Positions 1-9,996 are shown, numbered from the stretch's first letter. The stretch is 49,689 bases of DNA from Prevotella sp. UBA6429 (GCA_002437285.1 DJOV01000096.1:1-49689), one strand, 5' to 3'. The notes: a model not told the origin generated them from the letters alone. Program-made: numbers and translations.

Positions 1-237
1 ACCCTTTATCGCAAAATTACCCCACGCAAATCTTTCTTTGATAGACAAAAACGGCCATTTTCGCGTTCTATTTCAACTACAGTCCGTGACAAAGTTTTGC
101 ACCAAAAAACGTGACAAAGTAATGCTTGCCGCACTTCTTGTGAGCTAAGATGAAGGATGTTTTAGTGTTAAAGAAAGTTAAGACTGTTGATAAATCCTTC
201 ATGGTTCCGTTTAAACCATAGAACCCGAAAAGAAGAG

Positions 238-732
238 ATGACCGAACAAGAGTTTGTCGATATCGTGCCACGATTGCGGGCCTTGGCCCTGCGCAACGCC
301 CTGAGCTACTCCGTCCAGGCGGACGAGGCCGAGGACGTGGCCCAAGACTCCCTGCTCAAGATGTGGGCGCTTCGTGAGCGCATCACCTCCGTGGAGCACG
401 CCTTGGGACTGGTGGCCACCATGGCCCGCCACCTGGTCATCGACAGGCTCCGGCAACGCCGCACCGTGGGGCTCGACCAAGCCCGCCACCTGGCTTCAGC
501 CCAGCAAGCGTCGTGGCGCCTTGAGGAGGAGACCTACGGACAATGGCTCGACGAGGCCCTCCGACGACTGCCGCCCACCGAATACCAGGTGCTCCACCTG
601 CGCCAGGTGGAGGGCAGGGGGACGGAGGAGATAGCCGCCATCACAGGCATCACCCCACGCTCCGTGGCCACGCTGCTCTCCCGGGCGAGAAAACGATTGT
701 TGGAACAGATCAGGAAAGGCAAACGACTATGA
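238..732 (+). CDS. ECF-type RNA polymerase sigma-70 factor
   Basis: Region 2 motif (EAEDVAQDSLLKMW...ARHLVIDRLR) and region 4 HTH (LRQVEGRGTEEIAAITG...VATLLSRARKRL); ATG at 238 chosen over the upstream TTG at 187. Confidence 0.93.
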   Translation: MTEQEFVDIVPRLRALALRNALSYSVQADEAEDVAQDSLLKMWALRERITSVEHALGLVATMARHLVIDRLRQRRTVGLDQARHLASAQQASWRLEEETYGQWLDEALRRLPPTEYQVLHLRQVEGRGTEEIAAITGITPRSVATLLSRARKRLLEQIRKGKRL

Positions 733-1439
733 CAAACGATAATGACACCATCCGAGCGCTGCTCGATCGATTTATGTCAGGCGAGACCTCACGAGAGGAA
801 GAGCGCCGGCTGGCACAGTGGTTTCGCGACCACCCGAAGGTGGCCGACGACCTGGAGGACTACCGCCTCATGTTCGCCTATTTCGATGAGGGCATGCCCC
901 TGCAGAATGTCTCGCGCCGCCGCAAGCCCTGGCTCTATGTGGCTCTTGCGGCTGCGGCCTCGCTGGCCCTGGCGGTCACGTTGGTGCGGCCCGGCGCCCC
1001 GGTGTCCAGCTCGCCTGTGGCCATGACGCAGCCTGTCACCCACGCCGACACGCTCGCCACGCCTCAGGCACCCGCCTTGCAGGCCGACACCCTGCCCATG
1101 AAGGAGGAGACCGACAAGCGCCCCATGCGCTATCGCCGCCACCGCTTCACCCCCGCGCCACCCAAGGTGCTGCTGGCAGAGGTCATCCCCGGGGCCGAGC
1201 CCTTGCGCGTGTCGGTGCCCACCGAGGAGCCCCAGTGCGAGGAACCGCTGTTGGCGGCAGCTCCCATGACCGACGCCGAGCGACAGGCCATGTTGGCCCA
1301 GGGAAACCGACAGGCCGACGAGGCGCTGCGCCAGTTGGAGTTGGCACAGCAGAAATTCCTGGAGGAGGCCATGGACTCGCTCAACAACCAGTTGGCCAGT
1401 GCCATGGACGACGAGGAGAATGAAAATGACGTCTATTAA
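729..1439 (+). CDS. putative membrane-anchored anti-sigma factor
   Basis: ATGA overlap with the sigma stop; N-terminal LLDRFMSGETSREEERRL is typical of Bacteroidetes anti-sigma domains; one TM helix (WLYVALAAAASLALAVTLV). Confidence 0.75.
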   Translation: MTNDNDTIRALLDRFMSGETSREEERRLAQWFRDHPKVADDLEDYRLMFAYFDEGMPLQNVSRRRKPWLYVALAAAASLALAVTLVRPGAPVSSSPVAMTQPVTHADTLATPQAPALQADTLPMKEETDKRPMRYRRHRFTPAPPKVLLAEVIPGAEPLRVSVPTEEPQCEEPLLAAAPMTDAERQAMLAQGNRQADEALRQLELAQQKFLEEAMDSLNNQLASAMDDEENENDVY

Positions 1440-1456
1440 CTAAAAATAATCATTAC

Positions 1457-2323
1457 ATGAACAAAAGAGTATTAAGAAATCTGCTGGTGGCTTGCGTCTT
1501 GGTGCTTTCCTCAGCACAAGCCATGGCCCAGAAGTCAGTCCAGCCTATGCAGGAAGCCTTCGCCCGTTTCACGGAGAAGCTGGTGAAAGACCGTCAGACG
1601 ACCCTTGTCAACAGCAGCAGTTATGACGGAGGGTATATCCGGGAATACCACTTCCAGAGCCAGGTGGCGACCGTGAAGAAGTTTGACGAGACCATGATGG
1701 ACAATGCGGCGTCAGCCTACTCGTCCTTCATGAAGGGCGATGGGCTCGAAGCACGCGACAGGACGAGCCTCAGCCTTTCCTATGGCGAGAACAACAAGAA
1801 AAGCTACGACATCAGCTATGACCGCAACTACAGTTACAATGTCCAGCTGTTGCGTGACCCCAAGGACAAGACCAAGCGCTACGCCTATGTGCTCGTGTGG
1901 AAAAAGAGCGGCGACAAGGCCGAGGGCTATGCGCTGAGCATCTACGGCCATGATCCGCAAGTGAAGGTGTCTGAGCTCGACGACGCAAAGCTCATCGGGA
2001 CACCCAAGAGCAGCGCCGAGTTTGTACAGGCGTTCAGCAATCTGAGGACGCTCTTCGTCAAGCAGAACGACGAGATGAAGCGCGAGTTGCAGTTTGGCCG
2101 CAACTTCGGACGGACCACCAGCGACAAGCTGCCCATGCTGACGGCTGTCGCCAACAAGATGCTCGTCCTCTGCGCCAGTTACGGAAGCCTGCTCAACAAT
2201 ACCGACTGCCAGCTCGTGAGGCAGACCCTGCAGGAACTGCAAAAGGCATCGGGCGACAAGTATGTGGGCGATCTCATGCGAGCTTGCAGCGGGGCCCTGG
2301 ACATTGTCAAGCCCAAGCCATGA
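1457..2323 (+). CDS. secreted hypothetical protein, third gene of the ECF operon
   Basis: Sec signal peptide ending AQAMA|Q; host-like codon usage. Confidence 0.8.
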   Translation: MNKRVLRNLLVACVLVLSSAQAMAQKSVQPMQEAFARFTEKLVKDRQTTLVNSSSYDGGYIREYHFQSQVATVKKFDETMMDNAASAYSSFMKGDGLEARDRTSLSLSYGENNKKSYDISYDRNYSYNVQLLRDPKDKTKRYAYVLVWKKSGDKAEGYALSIYGHDPQVKVSELDDAKLIGTPKSSAEFVQAFSNLRTLFVKQNDEMKRELQFGRNFGRTTSDKLPMLTAVANKMLVLCASYGSLLNNTDCQLVRQTLQELQKASGDKYVGDLMRACSGALDIVKPKP

Positions 2324-2370
2324 GCCATTGATGGAATCCACCTTATAGTAAATGAAAATACAAACAAGTG

Positions 2371-2408
2371 GGGCGCAAGGGTTGCGGTGGCAGCCGTTGC
2401 GCCCTTTC
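2371..2408 (+). terminator. intrinsic terminator-like hairpin
   Basis: GGGCGCAA/TTGCGCCC plus GGTTGC/GCAGCC stem, followed by TTTC. Confidence 0.6.
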
Positions 2409-2466
2409 ATGGATGTTGCACAAACGTTCCGTTTTGTGCACAGCCTTGCGGTTTTTGTGCATTTTG

Positions 2467-2498
2467 TTTGGCAGGCATGTAAAAAGTTAGTAATTTTG
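2467..2498 (+). promoter_or_regulatory. Bacteroidetes sigma-A promoter of the etfB operon
   Basis: TTTG (2467-2470), 20-nt spacer, TAATTTTG (2491-2498); matches TTTG-N19-21-TAnnTTTG. Confidence 0.8.
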
Positions 2499-2539
2499 CC
2501 CTCTGTATTTCGGAAATATCACAATTATATATCATTTAT

Positions 2540-3421
2540 ATGAAATTGAAAATTGTTGTGCTTGCCAAGCAAGTACCTGACACAAGAAATGTGGGCAAGG
2601 ACGCCATGACAGCCGAAGGCACCGTCAACCGTGCCGCGTTGCCCGCTATCTTCAATCCTGAAGACCTAAACGCCCTGGAGCAAGCGCTCCGCATCAAAGA
2701 CCAGAACCCCGGTTCCACCGTCACCATGCTGACCATGGGTCCTCCCCGAGCCGGTGAGATCATCCGCCAGGGCCTCTACCGTGGCGCCGACGACGGCATT
2801 CTGCTCACCGACCGCAAGAGCGCCGGCGCCGATACGCTTGCCACCTCTTACTTCCTCTCACAGGCCATCGCCAAGATCGACCGTGAGCAGGGACACGTGG
2901 ACCTCGTGCTCGGCGGACGCCAGGCCATCGACGGCGACACCGCGCAGGTGGGCCCCCAGGTGGCGCAGAAGCTCGGCCTTCACCAGGTGACCTACGCTGA
3001 GGAGGTGATCAAGGTCGAGGACGGCAAGGCCACCATCCGCCGCCACATCGACGGAGGTGTGGAGACCGTCGTGGCTCCGCTCCCCGTGCTCATCACCGTG
3101 AACGGAACGGCCGCTCCCGCACGCCCCTGCAACGCCAAGCGTGTCATGAAGTACAAGTATGCCTCCTGCCCCATGGAGCGCAAGGGCGACGAGCCCTGGA
3201 CCGACCTCTACGCCACACGTCCCTACCTGACGCTCGGACAGTGGAGCATCGCCGACTGCGGTGCCGACTATGAGCAGTGCGGACTGGCTGGCTCACCCAC
3301 CAAGGTGAAGGCCGTGCAAAACATCGTGTTCCAGGCCAAAGAGAGCAAGACGCTCACCGGCAGCGACGCTGACGTGGAGAGCCTCATCAAGGAATTGTTG
3401 GACGAAAAGATTATTGGCTAA
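2540..3421 (+). CDS. etfB: electron transfer flavoprotein beta subunit
   Basis: KQVPDT, NPEDLNALEQAL, GADTLAT and GRQAIDGDTAQVGPQ motifs. Confidence 0.97.
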   Translation: MKLKIVVLAKQVPDTRNVGKDAMTAEGTVNRAALPAIFNPEDLNALEQALRIKDQNPGSTVTMLTMGPPRAGEIIRQGLYRGADDGILLTDRKSAGADTLATSYFLSQAIAKIDREQGHVDLVLGGRQAIDGDTAQVGPQVAQKLGLHQVTYAEEVIKVEDGKATIRRHIDGGVETVVAPLPVLITVNGTAAPARPCNAKRVMKYKYASCPMERKGDEPWTDLYATRPYLTLGQWSIADCGADYEQCGLAGSPTKVKAVQNIVFQAKESKTLTGSDADVESLIKELLDEKIIG

Positions 3422-3427
3422 GCAGAT

Positions 3428-4450
3428 ATGAACAACGTTTTTGTATATTGCGAGATTGAAGGCACTACTGTAGCCGAGGTATCTCAGGAATTGCTCACCA
3501 AGGGCCGCAAGCTGGCCAACCAGTTGGGGGTCGACCTCAACGCTGTGGTGGCAGGTACAGGCATCAAGGGCAAGGTGGAAGACCAGATCCTGCCCTATGG
3601 CGTCGACAAGCTCTTCGTCTTCGACGCCGAGGGCCTCTTCCCTTACACGTCGGCTCCCCACACCGACATCCTGGTCAACCTCTTCAAGGAGGAGCAGCCC
3701 CAGGTGGCCCTGCTCGGAGCCACCGTCATCGGCCGCGACCTCGGCCCCCGCGTGTCGTCATCGCTGACCAGCGGCCTGACTGCCGACTGCACGCAGCTTG
3801 AGATCGGCGACTATGACGACAAGAAGACGGGCAAGCACTACGACAACCTGCTCTACCAGATCCGTCCCGCCTTCGGCGGCAACATCGTGGCCACCATCGT
3901 CAACCCCGACCATCGCCCACAGATGGCCACCGTGCGCAGTGGCGTCATGCAGAAGGCGCTCTATGAGGGCCAGGCCAAGGGCGAGGTGGTCTATCCCGAC
4001 GTGGCCAAGTATGTGCCCGAGGTCGACTATGTGGTCAAGGTCATCGACCGCCATGTCGAGGCTGCCAAGAACAACCTGAAGGCTGCGCCGATCGTGGTGG
4101 CAGGTGGCTATGGCATGGGAAGCAAGGAAAACTTCGACCTGCTCTTCCAGCTCGCCAAGGAGCTGCACGGAGAGGTGGGAGCCAGCCGCGCCGCCGTCGA
4201 CGCCGGATGGGTGGATCATGACCGACAGGTCGGACAGACCGGCGTGACCGTGCACCCCAAGGTCTACATCGCCTGCGGCATCTCCGGACAGATCCAGCAC
4301 ATCGCGGGCATGCAGGACGCCGGCATCATCATCTCGGTCAACAACGACCCGAACGCACCCATCAACAAGATTGCCGACTACGTCATCGTGGGCAATGTGG
4401 AGGATGTCGTCCCGAAGATGATTAAGTACTACAAACAGAACTCAAAATAA
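3428..4450 (+). CDS. etfA: electron transfer flavoprotein alpha subunit
   Basis: GLTADCT, RPAFGGN, GASRAAVDAGW and QVGQTGVTVHPKVYIACGISGQIQH motifs. Confidence 0.97.
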   Translation: MNNVFVYCEIEGTTVAEVSQELLTKGRKLANQLGVDLNAVVAGTGIKGKVEDQILPYGVDKLFVFDAEGLFPYTSAPHTDILVNLFKEEQPQVALLGATVIGRDLGPRVSSSLTSGLTADCTQLEIGDYDDKKTGKHYDNLLYQIRPAFGGNIVATIVNPDHRPQMATVRSGVMQKALYEGQAKGEVVYPDVAKYVPEVDYVVKVIDRHVEAAKNNLKAAPIVVAGGYGMGSKENFDLLFQLAKELHGEVGASRAAVDAGWVDHDRQVGQTGVTVHPKVYIACGISGQIQHIAGMQDAGIIISVNNDPNAPINKIADYVIVGNVEDVVPKMIKYYKQNSK

Positions 4451-4513
4451 AAGAAACGGCCGGGCTGTGCCTTCCACCAGGGAGGCGTGCCTGGCCTCAC
4501 AAAGAACATAACT

Positions 4514-6244
4514 ATGGCAAACTATTATAGTGATCATCCTGAGATCGAATTCCACCTCCATCACCCCCTGATGGAGCGCATCGTGGAGCTGAAGGAGAGA
4601 GGCTACGCTGACAAGGACCAGTTCGCCGACGCTCCGGTCAACTACGCCGACGCCATCGAGAACTACAAGCGCCTGCTCGACATCACGGGCGACGTGGCTG
4701 CCAACATCATCGAACCCAACTCGGAGAGTGTCGACCTCGAAGGCCCGCACCTCGAGAACGGTCGCATGCTCTATGCCAGCAAGACCTACGAGAACCTCGA
4801 CGCCACGCGCAAGGCAGGCCTCTGGGGCATCTCCATGCCTCGCCGTTTCGGCGGCCTCAACGTGCCCAACACGGTCTTCTCCATGCTGTCGGAGGTCATC
4901 GCTGCCGCCGACGCCGGCTTCCAGAACGTGTGGTCGCTGCAGAGCTGCATCGACACCCTGTATGAGTTTGGCTCCAAGGAACAGCAGGAGAAGTACATCC
5001 CCCGCATCTCTGAGGGCGAGACCATGTCGATGGACCTCACCGAGCCCGATGCCGGTTCCGACCTGCAGAGTGTCATGCTCAAGGCCACACAGGACGCTGA
5101 CGGCACGTGGCGGCTCAATGGCGTGAAGCGCTTCATCACCAATGGCGACTCGGACCTGCACCTCGTCCTGGCACGCTCTGAGGAGGGCACGCACGACGGA
5201 CGTGGCCTCTCCATGTTCATCTACGACAAGCGCGACGGCGGTGTCACCGTGCGCCACATCGAGAACAAGCTCGGCATCCACGGCTCGCCCACCTGCGAGC
5301 TCGTCTTCAAGAATGCCAAGTGTGAGCTCTGCGGCGAGCGCCGCCTGGGCCTCATCAAGTATGTCATGAGCCTGATGAACGGTGCCCGCCTGGGCATTGC
5401 CGCCCAGTCGGTGGGTGTGGAGCAGGAGGCTTACAACGAGGGACTGGCCTATGCCAAGGAGCGTGAGCAGTTTGGCAAGAAGATCATCTCCTTCCCCGCT
5501 GTCTACGACATGCTCTCACGCATGAAGGCCAAGCTCGACGCCGGCCGCTCGCTGCTCTACATGACCGCCCGCTACGTCGACATCTACAAGGCCCTGGAGG
5601 ACATCGCCCGCGACCGCAAGCTCACACCCGAGGAGCGCAAGGAGATGAAGCAGTACAGCCGCCTGGCCGACGCCTTCACGCCGCTGGCCAAGGGCATGAA
5701 CTCAGAGTATGCCAACCAGAACGCCTACGACGCCATCTCCATCCACGGCGGTTCGGGCTTCATCATGGAGTACAAGAGCCAGCGCCTCTATCGCGACGCA
5801 CGCATTTTCTCCATCTATGAGGGCACGACGCAGCTCCAGGTGGTGGCCGCTGTGCGCTACATCACCAATGGCACCTACCTCGGCATCATCAAGGAGATGC
5901 TGCAGGGTGAGGTGGCCGACGACCTGAAGCCCCTGCAGGAGCGCGTGGCCAAGATGGCCGACCGCTATGCTGAGGCTGTCGAGAAGGTGAAGGCCTCGGG
6001 CAACCAGGCCGAGCACGACTTCCTGGCCCGCCGTCTCTACGACATGACGGCCGACATCATCATGTCGCTGCTCATCCTTGCCGACGCGACCAAGGCTCCC
6101 GAGCTCTTCGCCAAGAGCGCCCAGGTCTACGTGCGCGCCGCTGAGGAGGAGGTCGTGGGCCATGCCGCTTATGTCATGGCGTTCGAAGCCGACGACCTGA
6201 AGAACTTTGCCGCCGAGGACTGCAAGGCGGAGGAAGAGGCTTAA
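4514..6244 (+). CDS. acyl-CoA dehydrogenase
   Basis: MDLTEPDAGSDL, NGVKRFITNG, KLGIHGSPT, IHGGSGF and IYEGTTQLQ motifs; follows etfBA. Confidence 0.96.
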   Translation: MANYYSDHPEIEFHLHHPLMERIVELKERGYADKDQFADAPVNYADAIENYKRLLDITGDVAANIIEPNSESVDLEGPHLENGRMLYASKTYENLDATRKAGLWGISMPRRFGGLNVPNTVFSMLSEVIAAADAGFQNVWSLQSCIDTLYEFGSKEQQEKYIPRISEGETMSMDLTEPDAGSDLQSVMLKATQDADGTWRLNGVKRFITNGDSDLHLVLARSEEGTHDGRGLSMFIYDKRDGGVTVRHIENKLGIHGSPTCELVFKNAKCELCGERRLGLIKYVMSLMNGARLGIAAQSVGVEQEAYNEGLAYAKEREQFGKKIISFPAVYDMLSRMKAKLDAGRSLLYMTARYVDIYKALEDIARDRKLTPEERKEMKQYSRLADAFTPLAKGMNSEYANQNAYDAISIHGGSGFIMEYKSQRLYRDARIFSIYEGTTQLQVVAAVRYITNGTYLGIIKEMLQGEVADDLKPLQERVAKMADRYAEAVEKVKASGNQAEHDFLARRLYDMTADIIMSLLILADATKAPELFAKSAQVYVRAAEEEVVGHAAYVMAFEADDLKNFAAEDCKAEEEA

Positions 6245-6256
6245 GCACTGGCCTCG

Positions 6257-6313
6257 ACAAGCATAAAAAAAAGAGCACCGGGATAGTCCAGGTGCTCTTT
6301 TTTTTGTGCTTGT
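6257..6313. terminator. bidirectional intrinsic terminator
   Basis: ACAAGCA-T-A8-GAGCACC...GGTGCTC-T8-G-TGCTTGT inverted repeat between convergent genes. Confidence 0.9.
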
Positions 6314-6319
6314 TACTTG

Positions 6320-6850
6320 TTATTGGAACAGCGTGAAGTTGACGCTGCCGTAGCTGCGGTGGTCCTGGAAGTGCGGGTTGTCGGAGAAATCGTATTGCTT
6401 GCCGTGCTCAAAGACAAACAGGCCGCCCTCTTTCAGCAGGTTGTGCTCAAAGACGAGGTCGGGGATGGTGGGCAGCAGCTCGAGTGCATAGGGCGGGTCG
6501 GCGAAGATGAAGTCAAACTGCTCGTGGCACGACTTGACGAAGCGAAACACATCGCCGCGGATGAGCACCTCGTTGTCGGCGCCGATCTTCTTCATGCATT
6601 GGCTGATGAAGCGAGCGTGGTCGCGGTCGGCCTCCACGCTAACCACACGGCTGCATCCCCTCGAGAGCAGTTCCAGCGAGATGCTGCCCGTGCCCGCGAA
6701 GAGGTCGAGCGCGCTGGCTCCGTCGAGGTCCAGGTATCCGTTGATCACGTTGAAGACATTCTCCTTGGCGAAGTCGGTCGTCGGGCGCGCCTTGAAGGTG
6801 CGCGGAATGTCGAAGTGGCGACCTTTGTATATTCCAGTGATTATTCTCAT
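6320..6850 (-). CDS. rsmD: 16S rRNA m2G966 methyltransferase RsmD family
   Basis: MRIITG, RPTTD, LDLFAGTGSI and FADPPY motifs. Confidence 0.93.
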   Translation of the reverse strand: MRIITGIYKGRHFDIPRTFKARPTTDFAKENVFNVINGYLDLDGASALDLFAGTGSISLELLSRGCSRVVSVEADRDHARFISQCMKKIGADNEVLIRGDVFRFVKSCHEQFDFIFADPPYALELLPTIPDLVFEHNLLKEGGLFVFEHGKQYDFSDNPHFQDHRSYGSVNFTLFQ

Positions 6851-6873
6851 GATGCGGAAGAGTTTTGTGATGG

Positions 6874-7662
6874 TCAGGACAGGTAGAGGGTGAGCAGGTC
6901 GAACGTGACGCCGCGCACCTGGGTGAGCGGCGCGCGGTTGAAGTCGGCCGACGGGTTGACCACCGACACCTTCTCCACATAGAGGCGCAGCGTGCCGGTC
7001 AGCTCCTCCGCGTTGGGGAGCGCCCCCGACAGGTAGAGCTCATCCTTCTTCTGGTCGAGCGCCAGCTGCTTCCACACGAAGAGGATGAAGTAGACCACGT
7101 CCTTGACGTGCTTCGCCTCGAAGCTGTTGGCGAAGATGAATCGGTTGCGCTCGAAGCTGAACACCTCCATCCGTCCGTCGTGGAAGTGTGCGAAGAGCTT
7201 GCGCCGGTTGCCGATGAAGTTGCGGTGGTGCAGGTAGCTCCACACGGGGCGCATGAGCGCCGAGAACTTGGCGTCCTGGTAGTGGTCCTCCACCACCATC
7301 TTCAGGTCTTTGTTGACGGCGAAGAGCACCACGGCGTTCATGTCAGGCAGCACGTTGCTCATGATGACAGCCCCCTCGGTGTCGGGGTAGCAGTGGTGGT
7401 AGAGCGTGTCGGCATCGGCCTCCCGAAACTCCTCGAGAGGGATGAGCAGGGTGGGTGTGTCGATCAGCACCAGGGCGCGGTTGGTGGCCACCTGCAACAG
7501 GTTGGCCGTCTTGAAGGCGTCACGCAGGTTGGCCGCCATCGACACGCCACTCTTGGCCGTGTAAGGTTCAAAGGCCACTTGGGCCACTGACTTGTTGTCG
7601 GCGATGGCAAAGGCAAGCGAGCCCTTGCTCACGCGGATGGTTATTCTGGGAAGGATGTTCAT
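6874..7662 (-). CDS. conserved Bacteroidetes protein (DUF3822-like)
   Basis: TLLIPLEEF, FANSF and VYFILFVWKQL pattern; recalled synteny with rsmD. Confidence 0.7.
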   Translation of the reverse strand: MNILPRITIRVSKGSLAFAIADNKSVAQVAFEPYTAKSGVSMAANLRDAFKTANLLQVATNRALVLIDTPTLLIPLEEFREADADTLYHHCYPDTEGAVIMSNVLPDMNAVVLFAVNKDLKMVVEDHYQDAKFSALMRPVWSYLHHRNFIGNRRKLFAHFHDGRMEVFSFERNRFIFANSFEAKHVKDVVYFILFVWKQLALDQKKDELYLSGALPNAEELTGTLRLYVEKVSVVNPSADFNRAPLTQVRGVTFDLLTLYLS

Positions 7663-7689
7663 GCTATCGTTAGGGTCATTGCGGCTGGG

Positions 7690-8172
7690 TCATTCCCAGT
7701 TTCCATGGTTACCGTTGGGCTCACTGATGTCGCCTATCTTCAGTCCGGGGTATCGGCCCGCCTCGTTGGCCTCTTCCATGAGTGAGGACACGGTGTGCCT
7801 GTCGAGCCCCTGCAGGTAGGCGTCGTAGGTGGCGCCACACTCCATCAGGGGTATCTGCCGTCCGCTCTTGCCGATGGTGGTGGTGGCGGCGAGCGAGAAA
7901 CGGCGCTTGCCGGAGAAAGGCACATACTGCAGGGAGTCGGCCAGCAAGCCGCTGCGGATGAGCGTCTGCCAGTCGCCCGTGTAGGCGCCATGCTGCTTGC
8001 GATACTGCTCCTCGGCCTTCCGGATGGCCATGAGGCGCTCCTTGACGGCCGCCTCACGCTGTCCCTGCTCGCGCTCGAAGCGGATGGGGGCGTTCACGCT
8101 CAGCCAGCACACCAGCACCAGTGCCAGCACGCAGGCGGCGAGGAGATAATTATTTTTGAAGTTGACCTTCAT
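7690..8172 (-). CDS. membrane-anchored hypothetical protein with pilin-like N-terminal helix
   Basis: N-terminal TM helix, then VKERLMAIRKAEEQYRKQHGAY; C-terminal GNWE. Confidence 0.8.
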   Translation of the reverse strand: MKVNFKNNYLLAACVLALVLVCWLSVNAPIRFEREQGQREAAVKERLMAIRKAEEQYRKQHGAYTGDWQTLIRSGLLADSLQYVPFSGKRRFSLAATTTIGKSGRQIPLMECGATYDAYLQGLDRHTVSSLMEEANEAGRYPGLKIGDISEPNGNHGNWE

Positions 8173-8294
8173 TTTTGAGTTTATATTCTTACCTTTGTCC
8201 TTGCAAACGGGCCCAAGCTCCCGACACGCCTCGCGCAGGCACCCGTCATGGGAGGCACGCGTTGTGTTGGCGCGTGTGGCCTATCTTGCTTATG

Positions 8295-8302
8295 CAAAGA
8301 TA
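8295..8302 (-). promoter_or_regulatory. sigma-A -7 element for the leftward operon
   Basis: TATCTTTG on the minus strand upstream of 8172. Confidence 0.55.
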
Positions 8303-8376
8303 AGAAAAATAAGCAACAAAGGGCCTACATCCGCCCGTCTTTTTTTTAAACTTTTCATCTTTAACTTTTAGCGCAA

Positions 8377-9867
8377 TTGACAATACAAGAGTTCATCAGC
8401 CGCATCACGACCGAGTTTGGCTTTGAGCCCACCGCCGACCAGTTGGCGGCCCTCCAGGTGTTTGGCCGTTTCCTGGCCGACCGCCGTCCCGACTGCGTGA
8501 TGGTGCTCCGCGGCTCCGCCGGAACGGGCAAGACCTCGTTGGCCGGCGCCATGATGCGCACCCTGCGCCGCCTGGGGCAGAAGCTCATGCTGCTGGCCCC
8601 CACAGGCCGTGCGGCCAAGGTGCTCTCGCAGAACAGCGGCTTCGCGGCTTACACCATCCACCGCAAGATCTATCGCGAGAAGGCCTATCAAGGGCTCGAC
8701 GGGCAGTTCAACCTGGCCGACAACCGCCACCGCAACATGCTCTTCGTGGTCGACGAGGCCTCGATGATCAGCCACGGCCCTTCCGACCTCCTGTCCGACG
8801 GGGCCACCTCCTTCGGCTCGGGCAGTCTGCTCGACGACCTGGTGAAATATGTGTACAGCGGTGACAACTGCCGTCTGCTGCTCATCGGCGACAAGGCTCA
8901 GCTGCCCCCCGTGGGAGAGGAGGAGGCGCCCGCGCTCAGCGCCGATGTCCTGGAGGGCTATGGGCTGCACGTCTATCCGTGTGACCTCAACGAGGTGCTC
9001 CGCCAGAGCCAAGACTCGGGCGTGCTCTACAACGCCACCCGGATCCGACAGATGATTACCCACGATGAGGTGACCCAGCTGCCCCGCATCACCTTCGGCC
9101 GCTTTGCCGACATCGTGCAGGTGCCGGGCGACGAGCTCATCGAGAGCCTGGCCGGCAGTTACAGCCAGGTGGGCATGGACGAGACCATCGTGGTGACCCG
9201 TTCCAACAAGCGGGCCACCGTCTACAACCTGGGCATCCGCAACACTGTGCTCGACCGCGAGGACACGCTCTGCCATGGCGACCGGCTCATGGTGGTGCGC
9301 AACAACTACTACTGGACCGAGCGCCAGCGCGCTGCCGAGGCAGCCCAGGGCGTGCCGCCCGTGGCCGGCGAGAAGGCTGGCGGCATGGCCTTCCTGGCCA
9401 ATGGCGACCGGGCCGTGGTGGAGCGCGTGCGCAACCACCGGGAGCTCTACGGCTTCCATTTTGCCGATGTCAGCCTGTCGTTTCCCGACTATGATGACAC
9501 CGAGATGCAGGTGACCGCCGTGCTCGACTCGCTCACCACCGAGGCGCCGGCGCTCACGCGCGAGCAGCATGAGCGCCTGTTTGCCGCCGTGATGGAGGAC
9601 TATGCCGACATCCCGACCAAGGGCGAGCGCATGAAGGCCTTGCGTGCCGACGGCTTCTTCAACGCCCTCCAGGTGAAGTTCGCCTACGCCGTCACCTGCC
9701 ACAAGGCGCAGGGCGGCCAGTGGAGCCACGTCTATGTGGACCAGGGATACATGACCGACGACATGCTCACGCCGTCTTACATCCATTGGCTCTACACGGC
9801 TTTCACGCGGGCCACCGAGAAGCTGTTTCTCGTCAACTGGCCCAAGAACCAGTGCCAGGACGAGTAA
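8377..9867 (+). CDS. RecD-like SF1B ATP-dependent DNA helicase
   Basis: Walker A GSAGTGKT, LAPTGRAA, VDEASM, GDKAQLPPV, TCHKAQG and YTAFTRA motifs; TTG start. Confidence 0.93.
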   Translation: MTIQEFISRITTEFGFEPTADQLAALQVFGRFLADRRPDCVMVLRGSAGTGKTSLAGAMMRTLRRLGQKLMLLAPTGRAAKVLSQNSGFAAYTIHRKIYREKAYQGLDGQFNLADNRHRNMLFVVDEASMISHGPSDLLSDGATSFGSGSLLDDLVKYVYSGDNCRLLLIGDKAQLPPVGEEEAPALSADVLEGYGLHVYPCDLNEVLRQSQDSGVLYNATRIRQMITHDEVTQLPRITFGRFADIVQVPGDELIESLAGSYSQVGMDETIVVTRSNKRATVYNLGIRNTVLDREDTLCHGDRLMVVRNNYYWTERQRAAEAAQGVPPVAGEKAGGMAFLANGDRAVVERVRNHRELYGFHFADVSLSFPDYDDTEMQVTAVLDSLTTEAPALTREQHERLFAAVMEDYADIPTKGERMKALRADGFFNALQVKFAYAVTCHKAQGGQWSHVYVDQGYMTDDMLTPSYIHWLYTAFTRATEKLFLVNWPKNQCQDE

Positions 9868-9868
9868 C

Positions 9869-9915
9869 CGAAAGCTCCGCCACAGGAAACCGATGTCCCT
9901 GTGGCGGAGCTTTCG
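9869..9915. terminator. strong hairpin between convergent genes
   Basis: Perfect 18-bp inverted repeat CGAAAGCTCCGCCACAGG / CCTGTGGCGGAGCTTTCG. Confidence 0.8.
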
Positions 9916-9996
9916 CGTTGCTGTGCGGTTGTCGCCAGCCTCTTGCGTTGTCTTTCTTTTTACGGGTGCATTGCCCGTCTCTTATGGGTGCGGCGC

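Noticed and set aside
543..728. N-terminal extension of the anti-sigma ORF, and similar extended starts at 187, 4487, 23509, 23539, 39091, 41477, 46772 and 49674
   Set aside because: They overlap upstream genes or promoter elements; downstream ATGs fit family N-termini better
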